Assembly (NCBI GenBank): GCA_019058445.1
Contig: JAHPZA010000009.1
Location: forward strand, 224,001-288,000
Length of the DNA: 64,000 bases
DNA from: Promethearchaeota archaeon
GTDB lineage: Archaea; Asgardarchaeota; Lokiarchaeia; Sigyniarchaeales; SOKP01
Direction: 5' to 3'
The notes under the pieces were generated by a model. The model did not search any database. It was given only the letters and a program-made list of their open reading frames with translations, and was not told where the DNA came from. The position numbers and the translations under genes were made by a program. This document shows positions 42,599-52,283 of the stretch, piece after piece. The first letter of the stretch is position 1; the number at the start of each line of letters is the position of its first letter.

Positions 42599-43357
42599 AT
42601 GCCCGTCGAACCTAAATTAGCTGCTACTGTTATCTTACTACGAAAGCGAAAAGCCGACGTAAATACTGATAACTGTGAATTTGAAGTTTTCATGGCGAAA
42701 AGACATGAAAATAACAAATTCCTAGGTGGTCATCACGTATTTCCCGGGGGAAGTATTGATAAACAAGATGCAAGTAAGGAGTCAACTGGAAGATTAATCG
42801 GGCTTGATAAAGATTTTGTAAAAAATTTAAGAGAAATTCATGAAAATCCATCTGTTATTTGGATAATAGCAATTCGTGAATTATTTGAAGAAACAGGGAT
42901 TTTACTTGCGACTAATGAGAGTGGAGATATAGTAGCAATAAACGAGGAAAACCAGAAAAAATTTCAAGATTATCAGGAAGATCTCCAAAAAAACCAAAAA
43001 ACGATGACTAATATCTTAATCAGTGAAAACCTTTATTATTATGCCGCAAAAATACGTTATTTTGGAAGATTGGTCACCCCTGCAATGTCTCCTATTAGAT
43101 TTGATACGCAATTCCTCTTATGTGAAATTCCTCAAAATCAGATTATTAATCTATTTAAAGATGAATTAACAGAAGGGTTATGGGGGACACCGAAGCATTT
43201 TCTAAAATTAAATAAAAAAAATCAGATTAAAATTATTTTCCCCCAATATTCTACTCTTCGTCGACTTAATAAGTTTCATACCATTCAAGAGGTATTTGAT
43301 AATTCAAAAATGACGTTTAAGAAAAATCAATTTATACGTCTTGGGAATAAAAGCTAA
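42599..43357 (+). CDS. NUDIX hydrolase (NUDT19-like)
   Basis: AATVILLR, VFPGG, AIRELFEETGI, TP...RFDT. Confidence 0.9.
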   Translation: MPVEPKLAATVILLRKRKADVNTDNCEFEVFMAKRHENNKFLGGHHVFPGGSIDKQDASKESTGRLIGLDKDFVKNLREIHENPSVIWIIAIRELFEETGILLATNESGDIVAINEENQKKFQDYQEDLQKNQKTMTNILISENLYYYAAKIRYFGRLVTPAMSPIRFDTQFLLCEIPQNQIINLFKDELTEGLWGTPKHFLKLNKKNQIKIIFPQYSTLRRLNKFHTIQEVFDNSKMTFKKNQFIRLGNKS

Positions 43358-43403
43358 TACTAAAAAGGGGAATTAAATAGTTTTAGAGATTTCTTTCACA
43401 AAA

Positions 43404-45641
43404 CTATAGAATTCTTTTCAATTCCAAAATTAAAGCAGAAGGATTGTAGCGATCGAACGCAAATACTTCGGCTTTTGCATATTTGCGAAAATTCTTTTTG
43501 ATTTTTTCTGCCGAGTAAGGATGGATTCCTAAAGCCTGGGTAGCATAACTTTTCTTAGGTTCTAGAACTACTGTATGAATCTTCTGCTTGGCTAATTTTT
43601 TCTGTAAATCTTTCATTTCCTCAACTACTAACATGTAATCATTTTCAATTTGTGCAATAAGATCAGGATGTTTCACTGAAATATTGGCTCCACAATCAGA
43701 AAGAACAAATATAACAGGAATAATATTTCTATTCTTTAATTTCTCAACCTTAATTAATTTCATGCATTTTTGTAATGCGGCCGCCATTGGCGTATAAGAT
43801 TTTCCTTTAATATGTTTTAGCTTTCCCAAAGCGGTTTTAAAATTAACCGTAGGTTTCTGGAGGACGATAGCTTCTTTTCCCCTAAAAATTATTAAAGCCA
43901 GTTTATCTTTTTTACGATACCCTTCCTTTTGCAAAGATGAGATGACGTCGGTCATTTGCTTGATAACATAATACATCGAAGCTGAGCTATCTAACACAAA
44001 AAAAAGAGCTAATGGAGCACGATATTCATAGATTTTATCCATCAGATCATATTTATCAAAATGTATGGGAAATTCCACATTTGTTTTATTGTACACTACA
44101 TTTTTTAAATAATTCCGAATAGTAGCATCCAAGGCAATACTTTTGGGTAAATTTACAGGAGTTCTATAAGACACATACCTGCCCTTTTGAGATGATGCTA
44201 CTTTAATTCTCCTTCCTATACCTCGACCTCCATAATCAGATATCTTCCTATCCTTTCTTATGTTATCCAAAATTGATGTCATTTTTTTTTCCATTTTATA
44301 TATAAATGGCATAACGTCAAGTTCATAATCTGAAAGATTAAACTCTTTTTTCTCCTCTTCAGGGATATCTTTTACTTTCCAGCCTCCGGCAGGAACCGAT
44401 TCTCTTTTTCGTTTATCGGGATATTTAGGAGGTGGTAACTTCTGTTCTTTAGTCTCGGGAATATCTACTTTCTTTGGATCGATAGATTGTCGCTGAAATT
44501 CCTTCTGAGGAGTATCATCATGTTTTAACGGTCCTTCTGTATCCTTATTTGGTTGATATATTTTAGGGTCCTCGTAGGCCTTTTGTATTTTTCCATAAAC
44601 TTCCGCAATTTTTGCTTTAATTTCCTGAGGAGTCATCTCATAATGTAAGGAAGCGATTCGATGCTCAAAGACTAGATCCATAGCTACATTGAGATCTTCT
44701 TCTGTAATCTTTTTTCTATTACTTAAAGCGGCATGAGCACGAGCACATCTAATAAAAGTGATATCTGCTCGTTGAGAAAAAATCTCTAAATCATTTACGA
44801 TTTTTGAGACCAATTCATATATTGAAGCCGGAATTTCTACATGCTTTAATATCTCTCTGGCATTAATTATATTCTGTTTAAGGCTTTCTTGGTCTTTTTC
44901 GTATTTTTTAATAAACTCCTTCGGATTATCGTCAAAATCAATCACTCTTTTAGTTATTTCAGCTCGTAAGGTGGGATCACGAGGAGCTCTAATTTTCACT
45001 TCTAATCCGAGTCTATCCGCTATCTGTGGTCGGAGTTCTCCTATCGAATCCTAATTCGAAGCGAATTGAGAATCTTCGGGATTCATACTCCCGACCAAAA
45101 CGAATCTTGAGGGATGTGATACTGAAATTCCTTCTCTTTCAATAATATTAACACCTGAAGCCGCAGCATCCAAAAGTACATCAACAATGTGGTCTTGCAA
45201 GAGATTTATCTCATCTACATAAAGAATCCCTCGATTAGCTTTAGCTAATAACCCAGGATGAAGCTCGGAGGTGCCTTCGGTAAGCACTTTATCAATGGAA
45301 AGAGATCCGCACACCATATCTTCTGTGACTCCAAGTGGTAAGTTTACAAGACGCATTTCTCTGATTTCTGTTTCAAGTTTACCTTTTTCCTTCTTTTCCC
45401 TACAGGATGCACATAAATCGTCGAGGTTTGATTTAGGATCACAAGCGAAATTACAATCTCCGATAACTTCTATTTTAGGCATAATTTCGACTAGGGATCT
45501 TACAGCAGTAGATTTACCAGTACCTTGGTGTCCAGTTAGCAATACACCACCTATGAGAGGGTCAATTACATTTAAAATTAACCCCATCTTCATTTTATCC
45601 TGACCTAAGATCGCTGTGAAGGGGAAATTAATTTTTTTCAT
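43404..45641 (-). CDS. chlD: ChlD/BchD-type chelatase subunit (AAA+, linker, vWA); exons 45641..45073 and 45042..43404, 735 aa after removing a 30-nt intron
   Basis: FPFTAILGQ, GHQGTGKST, LYVDEINLL, MNPEE/GELRPQIADRLG, SQRADI, vWA DSSAS..TP..SD. The two listed ORFs share one frame and are separated by a single TAG inside the insertion. Confidence 0.88.
45043..45072 (-). other. Candidate 30-nt bulge-helix-bulge (BHB) mRNA intron
   Basis: UCC/GGA helix, CGAA/UUCG 4-bp central helix, and 3-nt bulges GAU and AUA. Cutting after the 2nd nt of each bulge restores GAA GAA GGA (EEG). Confidence 0.88.
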
Positions 45642-45749
45642 AATAATTTTAGAGTAATTTTTAATTTTTTAATTAGAGTAAAATTCTCTTTTAATTAAAA
45701 TTTCCCCCCTAAACCAACGGGTAAAATTATTATTTCGGAAAAAAAAAAA

Positions 45750-48689
45750 TTATTGATCTTTATAGTAATCCTTAAAATATTTCATTAAAGAAACAGCTTC
45801 TACGCCTTTCTTAGTTAAGGAGTATTTATAGACCTTTTCAGTTTTGTTGATCTTTACATATAGTTTCATATAGTCGTTTCTTGTAAAAAAAGAGGAGACT
45901 ATCTTTCTTGAGGATAGTCCTAAATAACTTGCTATGGATATATTAGTTATACTATTACCTAATTTTGAGAGCTCATAAATAGCGTATAAAAATTGTTCAA
46001 AATTATCACTAAGCCGTTTAGAGAGTTTTAATGGATTTTTAATGGAATTTTTATTATGAAGAAGTGTAAAATTACGAGTACAGATATTATAGTCTGTTAA
46101 TGCTTTCTTTGCTATGCTTTTATCATTATATATCTCATTTAGTGAATTAAGATAAGTATTATTATCAATAACAGAATGACAATTCGCACAAATATATCCC
46201 CCCTCTTCTTGGTCTAGAGTTTGTACGATTTCAGAACAAGAAAGAGCCTCCGTCTTAAATAAATCAGAAGCTAAAAGTGTCTTTGTATCTTTATTATTAT
46301 GATTAAATTGGAATGAAACTAAATGATCTTTTGTATTAAATTCCCCACACAAATGACATTTATCCCCATAAATAGATTCAATGATATATCTCCTTTTAAG
46401 CAAACTTATTAAACTAAGCTTAATATAACCCTTTTGTTTAATAGATAAGTTCTTTGTCTTATTATGAATATTTATTGAAATCTTTACAAGAGTATGAATC
46501 AATTCAGGAGAAAGTGAAAAGATATTTTGAGGAAATCTATTGGACAATCCTTGCCATGAGATAAGATCCCTAAAATAATTAAAATATTTGCCTGAAATAA
46601 TGTCATGATGGCTTGCGCAAACGAGAACTACTTTTTTTGATTCCATAAATTTAATTAAATTCTCTAAAAATTCCGGGTTGGTTTGATTTTTCATGTACAT
46701 CTCGTATAATGCCGAAGAACTATATTTATATTCCTTTCCATTTTGATCATGGTGAAAATCCAAAGCTTTTAACCTCGAAATATCCGTGTTTGTTTTAAAT
46801 CCTTCTTTTAAGCATAATGGGCATTTTATTAAATTTTCATTATAGATTCCATTGTATATATGGGCTATTATATAAAGTTTTATTCTACTGCCTATTACAA
46901 TTGCTCCTTTATTATATGAATACTGAGTTTTAGATCGATGTGGGATTGCATTTGGGAATTTAACTTTTAAGCTATCATAAATTTCAATAACTGAATAATA
47001 AAATTGCTTGAAGCTTTGGAATAGATTTATATCTTTCTTGTATAAGCATTCTGCTATAGGTTTAACAACTAAACGAATTCCAATTTTTTTGTGTAGTAAA
47101 CTAGATCCATATATCTGCTTTATTACTTCAGTAAGATCATTAAGATATTTGAGAAATTTATCATAATGATTATTTATTAAACTATGTAATAAGTCAATAT
47201 CCTTATTAGATAATTGGGTTGGGAGATTTATATTCTCTAAAATGTCATTTACTAGAGTGAAAGCAATTTTAGCTACCTTTTCTTTTCTAGAACAAATTAA
47301 ATCAAATATATAAAAGGATAGTGCATTCCTTATCCTTGAAAACCCGTAATAGGGCGGGAAATTAAAGTTCTTATTTGTATAATATTCTTTAAAATATTTA
47401 GTATAATATTTAGAAATGCTATATTTTGGTACTCCTGTCAATTCGGGAACGCTAATTTTCGGTAGTGTTTCATTAGCTATAATTACAGTATAAATGATGG
47501 CAGCAGCAATAATTTTTGGATTTGTTTTATTTGAAATTTTTATTTCATTATTTTCCAGTCTTAAAAAAAACTCATCTAAAATCATTTGAGATTCTAATTT
47601 TATCAGTTCTTTTTGTTCTTTTGTACACTTGATTGTACTTAAGATATTTAAATTGGTTTCTACTTTTTTTCTAAAATTTAACATATCAGCTTTAATTACT
47701 TTATCTATTTTTTCATCGTATCTTATAGATTCTTTACTTTTATCTAATTTATTTATGGATTTATTAAGATTTTCATTTTCTTTTTGAGTGTCTAATATTT
47801 CTTCTTCATTTCCATTTAAAAATTCCTCAGATTCTTCTATTAATAATTTTAAATCTTTAATTTTTAATTCATGACATAATCCGGCTTCTAAAAATTCATG
47901 ATAAGCAGAAAAAAGCTCAAAGGCAGATATTGATTTCACTACAACAGTAGGAGATTTCCCTAATAATATAACGCAAGTTTCAGAGTGGAGAATTTTGTCA
48001 TACTTTTCTTTAAGCAGGGAAAGTGTTTCATTTTCCGACAGGTCTTCAAAACTATTCTCCTTTTTTATAGGATCAATTGTATTTAAATATTTTTTCAACC
48101 AGGTTTTGAGAATAATTTGTAACTTATCTGAAAATGGGTTTAGATATTCTTGATCATAAAGTTGTTCTGATTTTTCTCGGAACTCTTTTAAAAAAGTAGT
48201 ATAATCATCAGCGATCTTCTTTAAACCCGAGCGCAACATCTTATATTGGTTTTTTGATTTTTTCTCGTTATTAAGTACTTTTTTCTGCTTCCTACTTAGT
48301 GATTTAATATAAGCCCTTGTTAAACCATCGACATATTGAGAAATAACTTGGGCGCCTCTTCCTATAGGATTACAGTACATCCAACCATTAATAAACTTAA
48401 TTAGCTCATCCGAAGCACTTGTTTTGATTAGATCTATAAGAGTTTCGGGAGATAGACTTGAAATATCAAATATACAGGTATTTACAGCCTCAAAGAGATT
48501 TCCAATAAATTCTTCAACAAATATTAAGGGAATTTTATGCTCAGAACATTTCGGATATTTGCGAAATCCGAGAATACCAAATTTTAAAGGTTTAACTTTC
48601 TCAAGATGTATGCATCCGATTTGAGGACAAATTGCAATCCGATCCTCTTTCACAACTTTTCTGCTGACTTGACTTTCTCCTTTAATCAT
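45750..48689 (-). CDS. 979-aa multidomain protein: N-terminal Zn motif, TFB/cyclin-like segment, two HNH-like Zn domains, C-terminal wHTH
   Basis: CPQIGC..CSEH; NPKIIAAAIIY; CPLC..LDFHH..VCASHH; CHLC..FQFNH..ICANCH; ITNISIASYLGL..YSLTKKG. Confidence 0.7.
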   Translation of the reverse strand: MIKGESQVSRKVVKEDRIAICPQIGCIHLEKVKPLKFGILGFRKYPKCSEHKIPLIFVEEFIGNLFEAVNTCIFDISSLSPETLIDLIKTSASDELIKFINGWMYCNPIGRGAQVISQYVDGLTRAYIKSLSRKQKKVLNNEKKSKNQYKMLRSGLKKIADDYTTFLKEFREKSEQLYDQEYLNPFSDKLQIILKTWLKKYLNTIDPIKKENSFEDLSENETLSLLKEKYDKILHSETCVILLGKSPTVVVKSISAFELFSAYHEFLEAGLCHELKIKDLKLLIEESEEFLNGNEEEILDTQKENENLNKSINKLDKSKESIRYDEKIDKVIKADMLNFRKKVETNLNILSTIKCTKEQKELIKLESQMILDEFFLRLENNEIKISNKTNPKIIAAAIIYTVIIANETLPKISVPELTGVPKYSISKYYTKYFKEYYTNKNFNFPPYYGFSRIRNALSFYIFDLICSRKEKVAKIAFTLVNDILENINLPTQLSNKDIDLLHSLINNHYDKFLKYLNDLTEVIKQIYGSSLLHKKIGIRLVVKPIAECLYKKDINLFQSFKQFYYSVIEIYDSLKVKFPNAIPHRSKTQYSYNKGAIVIGSRIKLYIIAHIYNGIYNENLIKCPLCLKEGFKTNTDISRLKALDFHHDQNGKEYKYSSSALYEMYMKNQTNPEFLENLIKFMESKKVVLVCASHHDIISGKYFNYFRDLISWQGLSNRFPQNIFSLSPELIHTLVKISINIHNKTKNLSIKQKGYIKLSLISLLKRRYIIESIYGDKCHLCGEFNTKDHLVSFQFNHNNKDTKTLLASDLFKTEALSCSEIVQTLDQEEGGYICANCHSVIDNNTYLNSLNEIYNDKSIAKKALTDYNICTRNFTLLHNKNSIKNPLKLSKRLSDNFEQFLYAIYELSKLGNSITNISIASYLGLSSRKIVSSFFTRNDYMKLYVKINKTEKVYKYSLTKKGVEAVSLMKYFKDYYKDQ

Positions 48690-49354
48690 TCTAGTATTCC
48701 CATCCTCTTCTTTATTTCTATATCTTTTGATTGTTCTGTACTATTTAATTGAAGTAATTCTGTGATTTCTTTTTCTAATTTTAAATAGTCTAATTTTAAT
48801 TCAGTGTAAAAATCGGAAAAGAGTGGATAAAATACTCCCTCAACGCTACTTAATATACATGCCAATTTAATCGCGGTATGTAATTCTTGAGGATGATAGT
48901 TAAGTTCAGATTCTGAAAGAATATGAAGATTTTTCCATATTTCACTTTCGAGATGTTTAATCTCCTTCATAAGGGAAATTTCGTGATTATTTGGTTGAAT
49001 CTTTATTTTTTGTAATAGATTTCGGGTTTTTTCGGCTATTGATTCATATTCTATTCCAATCATCACTAAAGTTTTTGAATAACGAGTAAATAAAGAGATA
49101 AGATCTTCTACTCGCTTAGAAATGGAGTCTTTTTTAAGCGTGCGATAATCCATCTTAAATATTGAAAACCTTAAAAGAGTTATATTACTTTTATAATTAA
49201 GAAAGCTGCGTAATTGCCTTGAAAGCTCATTTATTCTATTTGAACCTTCCACTATATACCATTCTAAAAAATCGGAATCTACATCATGCTCTAAATATGA
49301 AGTCGTGTTATATGAATCAATAAACACTTCTTGGCTATTAGCATTCTTTGTCAT
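48686..49354 (-). CDS. Hypothetical alpha-helical protein coupled to the 979-aa gene
   Basis: 222-aa ORF; ATGA 4-nt stop/start overlap. Confidence 0.7.
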   Translation of the reverse strand: MTKNANSQEVFIDSYNTTSYLEHDVDSDFLEWYIVEGSNRINELSRQLRSFLNYKSNITLLRFSIFKMDYRTLKKDSISKRVEDLISLFTRYSKTLVMIGIEYESIAEKTRNLLQKIKIQPNNHEISLMKEIKHLESEIWKNLHILSESELNYHPQELHTAIKLACILSSVEGVFYPLFSDFYTELKLDYLKLEKEITELLQLNSTEQSKDIEIKKRMGILE

Positions 49355-49499
49355 GGAAATGTTTTTTTTTGAATTTATTTAAATAAAAAAACAAACCAAG
49401 TATAAAATTCAGGAAACTCTTAATGAAAATCATTAAATATATAGAGGCAAATTGTTAATTATTGAAGTAAAAAATAAAGACAAAAGTTTCTAGTAAGAT

Positions 49500-50150
49500 A
49501 TGGAGCAAATTCAGCAATTCTTAGATGAAGATGAAGAGATTTTATGGAAGAGAGAAATAATAAGGAATTTGTCTGTGGAAAGAAAATATTTTACAATTTT
49601 TATTATATCATTTCTTGTAGCTTTTTCAACAATTTTTACCTACTTTTTGTATGTTTTTTATCTAACCTTTAGCGTTATATTTATTTTATTATTTATTAGT
49701 GTCTCTCTTTTAATTCTTCCCAATATTATGATAATGATTAAGATTTTAAAAAAATACAAAAATTCTAAGAAACAAGTAATAGAAAAATATCAGCTAAGTT
49801 TAGAAGAACTTAGAAATTATCATTTTTTATGGGTTTTAACAAATAAAAAATGGATCCAGAAAGATTTTACTTCAGATGATAAAGTAAAAATGGATCCCGC
49901 TGGTATCATGCAGCAAAAAGGCGATATTCTACAGATAGATTTGAAATCCATTAGAATAATTGAAATCAAGAGAAACTTCCGTGAGATATCCTTTTATATA
50001 TCGGATGATTATTATCTAGCGAAATCGCCAAATCTCAGTGTTGAAATTCATTCAAAACAAGATTTTAAAAATTTGGAGCAAGTAATTAGAGATTTAATTC
50101 CCATTGAGAAAGAGGATAATAGGAAAAAGAAAGTTACATTGTATACTTAA
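49500..50150 (+). CDS. 2TM protein, possibly with PH-like cytoplasmic domain
   Basis: LDEDEEILW, two TM helices, WVLTNKK. Confidence 0.6.
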   Translation: MEQIQQFLDEDEEILWKREIIRNLSVERKYFTIFIISFLVAFSTIFTYFLYVFYLTFSVIFILLFISVSLLILPNIMIMIKILKKYKNSKKQVIEKYQLSLEELRNYHFLWVLTNKKWIQKDFTSDDKVKMDPAGIMQQKGDILQIDLKSIRIIEIKRNFREISFYISDDYYLAKSPNLSVEIHSKQDFKNLEQVIRDLIPIEKEDNRKKKVTLYT

Positions 50151-50246
50151 TAAAATGATTAAATTATAAAAATGAAATGAGTAATTCTATGTGATTAGTA
50201 AAATTAGGTTTTAAAATCGAAGGATATAACTTTAAATATCTCGTTT

Positions 50247-51197
50247 TTAAAATTTTCTTGAGATTTCAGCTAATCTTTCATCTAATTTAGAAATGACTTC
50301 ATCCCATTTTGAGAGAGTATTATTAATTTGAGGTATAATCCCGGCTCTCTCTTTATATTCTAAATATTCCATGAATTCTTTTATATGTCCAATTTTGATG
50401 AATGTTTCCGCCACGAATTCTCTGATTTCTTTTGTTTGTGTTTCCAAAACCTCAGATATTCTGCTTGTCTCACCTTTTCGCGTTAATGTCGTTAAATATT
50501 CATCTGTACCAACTAGTAAAGAATTTAATTGAGTTATTCGCTCATTGACAAAAAGTTCATAACTTTCAATTATCTTATCTTTCGGTAAAAAATTGGTAAT
50601 ATCAACAACGAGTTTTTGTGCTTGTTGAAGGAATTGTTCATCATTTTCAAATCCCTCAATCTCAAAATCAACTTCATGATATCCTGAATGGGCACCCTTG
50701 CTAGTATCATCTAATCTGAAAATCTTGAAACCGGGATCACCCTTTAATTGGATCACAGGATCTCCCTTTTTACTCGGCAGTTCTAGCTGTTTTATTAATC
50801 TTTGATGATTGAATACCAATGAAATAGCTAAGGGATTAAATTGTTGATAGCTTAAAGTAGTTTGAAGATCTAAATGTGTCATCATAACTTTCATACCAGG
50901 ATGGGAATGCCACCATCCTATCGTAAATTCTCCTTGCGCAAAAGCCTCATCATCTATTATAGCAAATGATTCATAATCTTCATTTGACCAGTATACCTTA
51001 TCAATAATGTCTTCTGGTCTTTTTTTTTGATGTGTTATAGGATAAGTATTTGAGATTATTACATCATCCCCTTCATTTTTCCCTATAAAAATTCCATATA
51101 CTTCTAACCAATCATCAAAGGGTATTTTTTGATTGGCAAATCTCACCGCAGAAGCAATAATTGTAAAATAAACCTTTTTCGAGATTTTTACTGTCAT
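50247..51197 (-). CDS. MPN/JAMM metalloprotease-family protein with helical C-terminus
   Basis: EVYGIFIG, GWWHSHPG-x5-THLD. Confidence 0.88.
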   Translation of the reverse strand: MTVKISKKVYFTIIASAVRFANQKIPFDDWLEVYGIFIGKNEGDDVIISNTYPITHQKKRPEDIIDKVYWSNEDYESFAIIDDEAFAQGEFTIGWWHSHPGMKVMMTHLDLQTTLSYQQFNPLAISLVFNHQRLIKQLELPSKKGDPVIQLKGDPGFKIFRLDDTSKGAHSGYHEVDFEIEGFENDEQFLQQAQKLVVDITNFLPKDKIIESYELFVNERITQLNSLLVGTDEYLTTLTRKGETSRISEVLETQTKEIREFVAETFIKIGHIKEFMEYLEYKERAGIIPQINNTLSKWDEVISKLDERLAEISRKF

Positions 51198-51409
51198 TTT
51201 TCTTTAAAAATGATTAAAGTAAGTCTTAAATTCAATTTTATTGATAATAAAGGAACTTGTATTTATGCTTTTTTTTAACCAAAGAAATTCTTATAATGCC
51301 TTTTTCTATTCGAACATTAAATATTTAAAGCTTAAATTTAACTTTATATTAAGTTCAATATATTACAAAATTGGATTAATTAATCGATATTAAAAAAAGG
51401 TGAGAAATA

Positions 51410-52075
51410 ATAACTGAACAAGGTTTCATACCTTTAACTTCTCAACTTGGTATTTCAGGTACATCTTATAGACTCCAATTAGGATTAATAAATGGTAAAT
51501 GGGCTTCAAGAATTATGAAAGGAAAAGACCTTATCGATTCATATGTATATAAAGAATCAGAAGTATCTGGGGATTTTCCTAACCAAAATTATATTGTAGG
51601 ATGGGTTCTTCGAACCGTTGCAATTCCCAACATTAATCCTCACCAAATAATGAAAACTACCCAAGCTTTGGTAAAGCAAGCTGTTCAGCGTAAGACTGAG
51701 AAAAAAGTGGTTGCTCCTGTTGAAGAAACACGTAAAGTTGAATTAGAAAAGGTTCCTGAAAGCCAATTAAAGAGACCAAAAGCAAAAGGATGGGTAAAAC
51801 AAGAAGGGATGGTTTCAACTCAGGATAGGGAAGATGAAATGCGTAAGGCATTTAAAGCAAGAATGGCAGCAGCTAAAGAGGAAGAAGAGAGCAAAGCTGC
51901 ATCCTCTAGCCCTACAATAAAAACAAAAAGAGAATTACCCTCAATACCAGGAGGAACTCAGAAAGCTGAACCGGTTGTGGAAAAAGAAGACGCGGTTTTC
52001 TGTCCATATTGTGGAAAAGATTTAACTTTTAAATTCTGTCCCTTTTGCGGTAAACCACTCCCTCATGAGCATTAA
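51410..52075 (+). CDS. Hypothetical protein with C-terminal double-CxxC zinc ribbon (probable ATA start at 51410; first ATG at 51515)
   Basis: CPYCG..FCPFCG; frame open to 51404 behind AAGGTGA. Confidence 0.75.
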   Translation: MTEQGFIPLTSQLGISGTSYRLQLGLINGKWASRIMKGKDLIDSYVYKESEVSGDFPNQNYIVGWVLRTVAIPNINPHQIMKTTQALVKQAVQRKTEKKVVAPVEETRKVELEKVPESQLKRPKAKGWVKQEGMVSTQDREDEMRKAFKARMAAAKEEEESKAASSSPTIKTKRELPSIPGGTQKAEPVVEKEDAVFCPYCGKDLTFKFCPFCGKPLPHEH

Positions 52076-52283
52076 TTTTTTAAACCCTATTTTTTGTTCT
52101 TGAGATAACTACGAGTTTTTTTGAAAGTATAACTTATTTCAGAGAATTACTGAATCTTATTTTCATGAGAATAATTTCAAAAATAAATTGATAATTAACT
52201 TCAAAATTTAAATCCATTAAATTTTATATTATTATTTATATTAAAATTATACTAATCTAAATTTTAGAATTTCGTGAACAATC

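Noticed and set aside
44281-44292. A-rich run in the chlD linker as a programmed frameshift site producing a ChlI-like product
   Set aside because: Frameshifting is reported for some chlD genes, but A runs are very common in this genome and I saw no stimulatory structure.
43404-44999. Separate 531-aa vWA gene starting at GTG 44999
   Set aside because: It is in frame with the upstream AAA+ ORF, and GELRPQIADRLGLE lies upstream of this GTG, so it is exon 2 of one gene.
45051-45053. In-frame TAG in chlD read as pyrrolysine/amber readthrough or a simple nonsense pseudogene
   Set aside because: Readthrough would leave a 10-residue insertion within the conserved NPEEG sensor-1 motif. The exact match between BHB cut sites and motif restoration explains the sequence better.
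45642-49499. Calling the HNH module a bounded mobile element
   Set aside because: No terminal inverted repeats, target duplication, integrase or transposase visible; kept only as a hypothesis.
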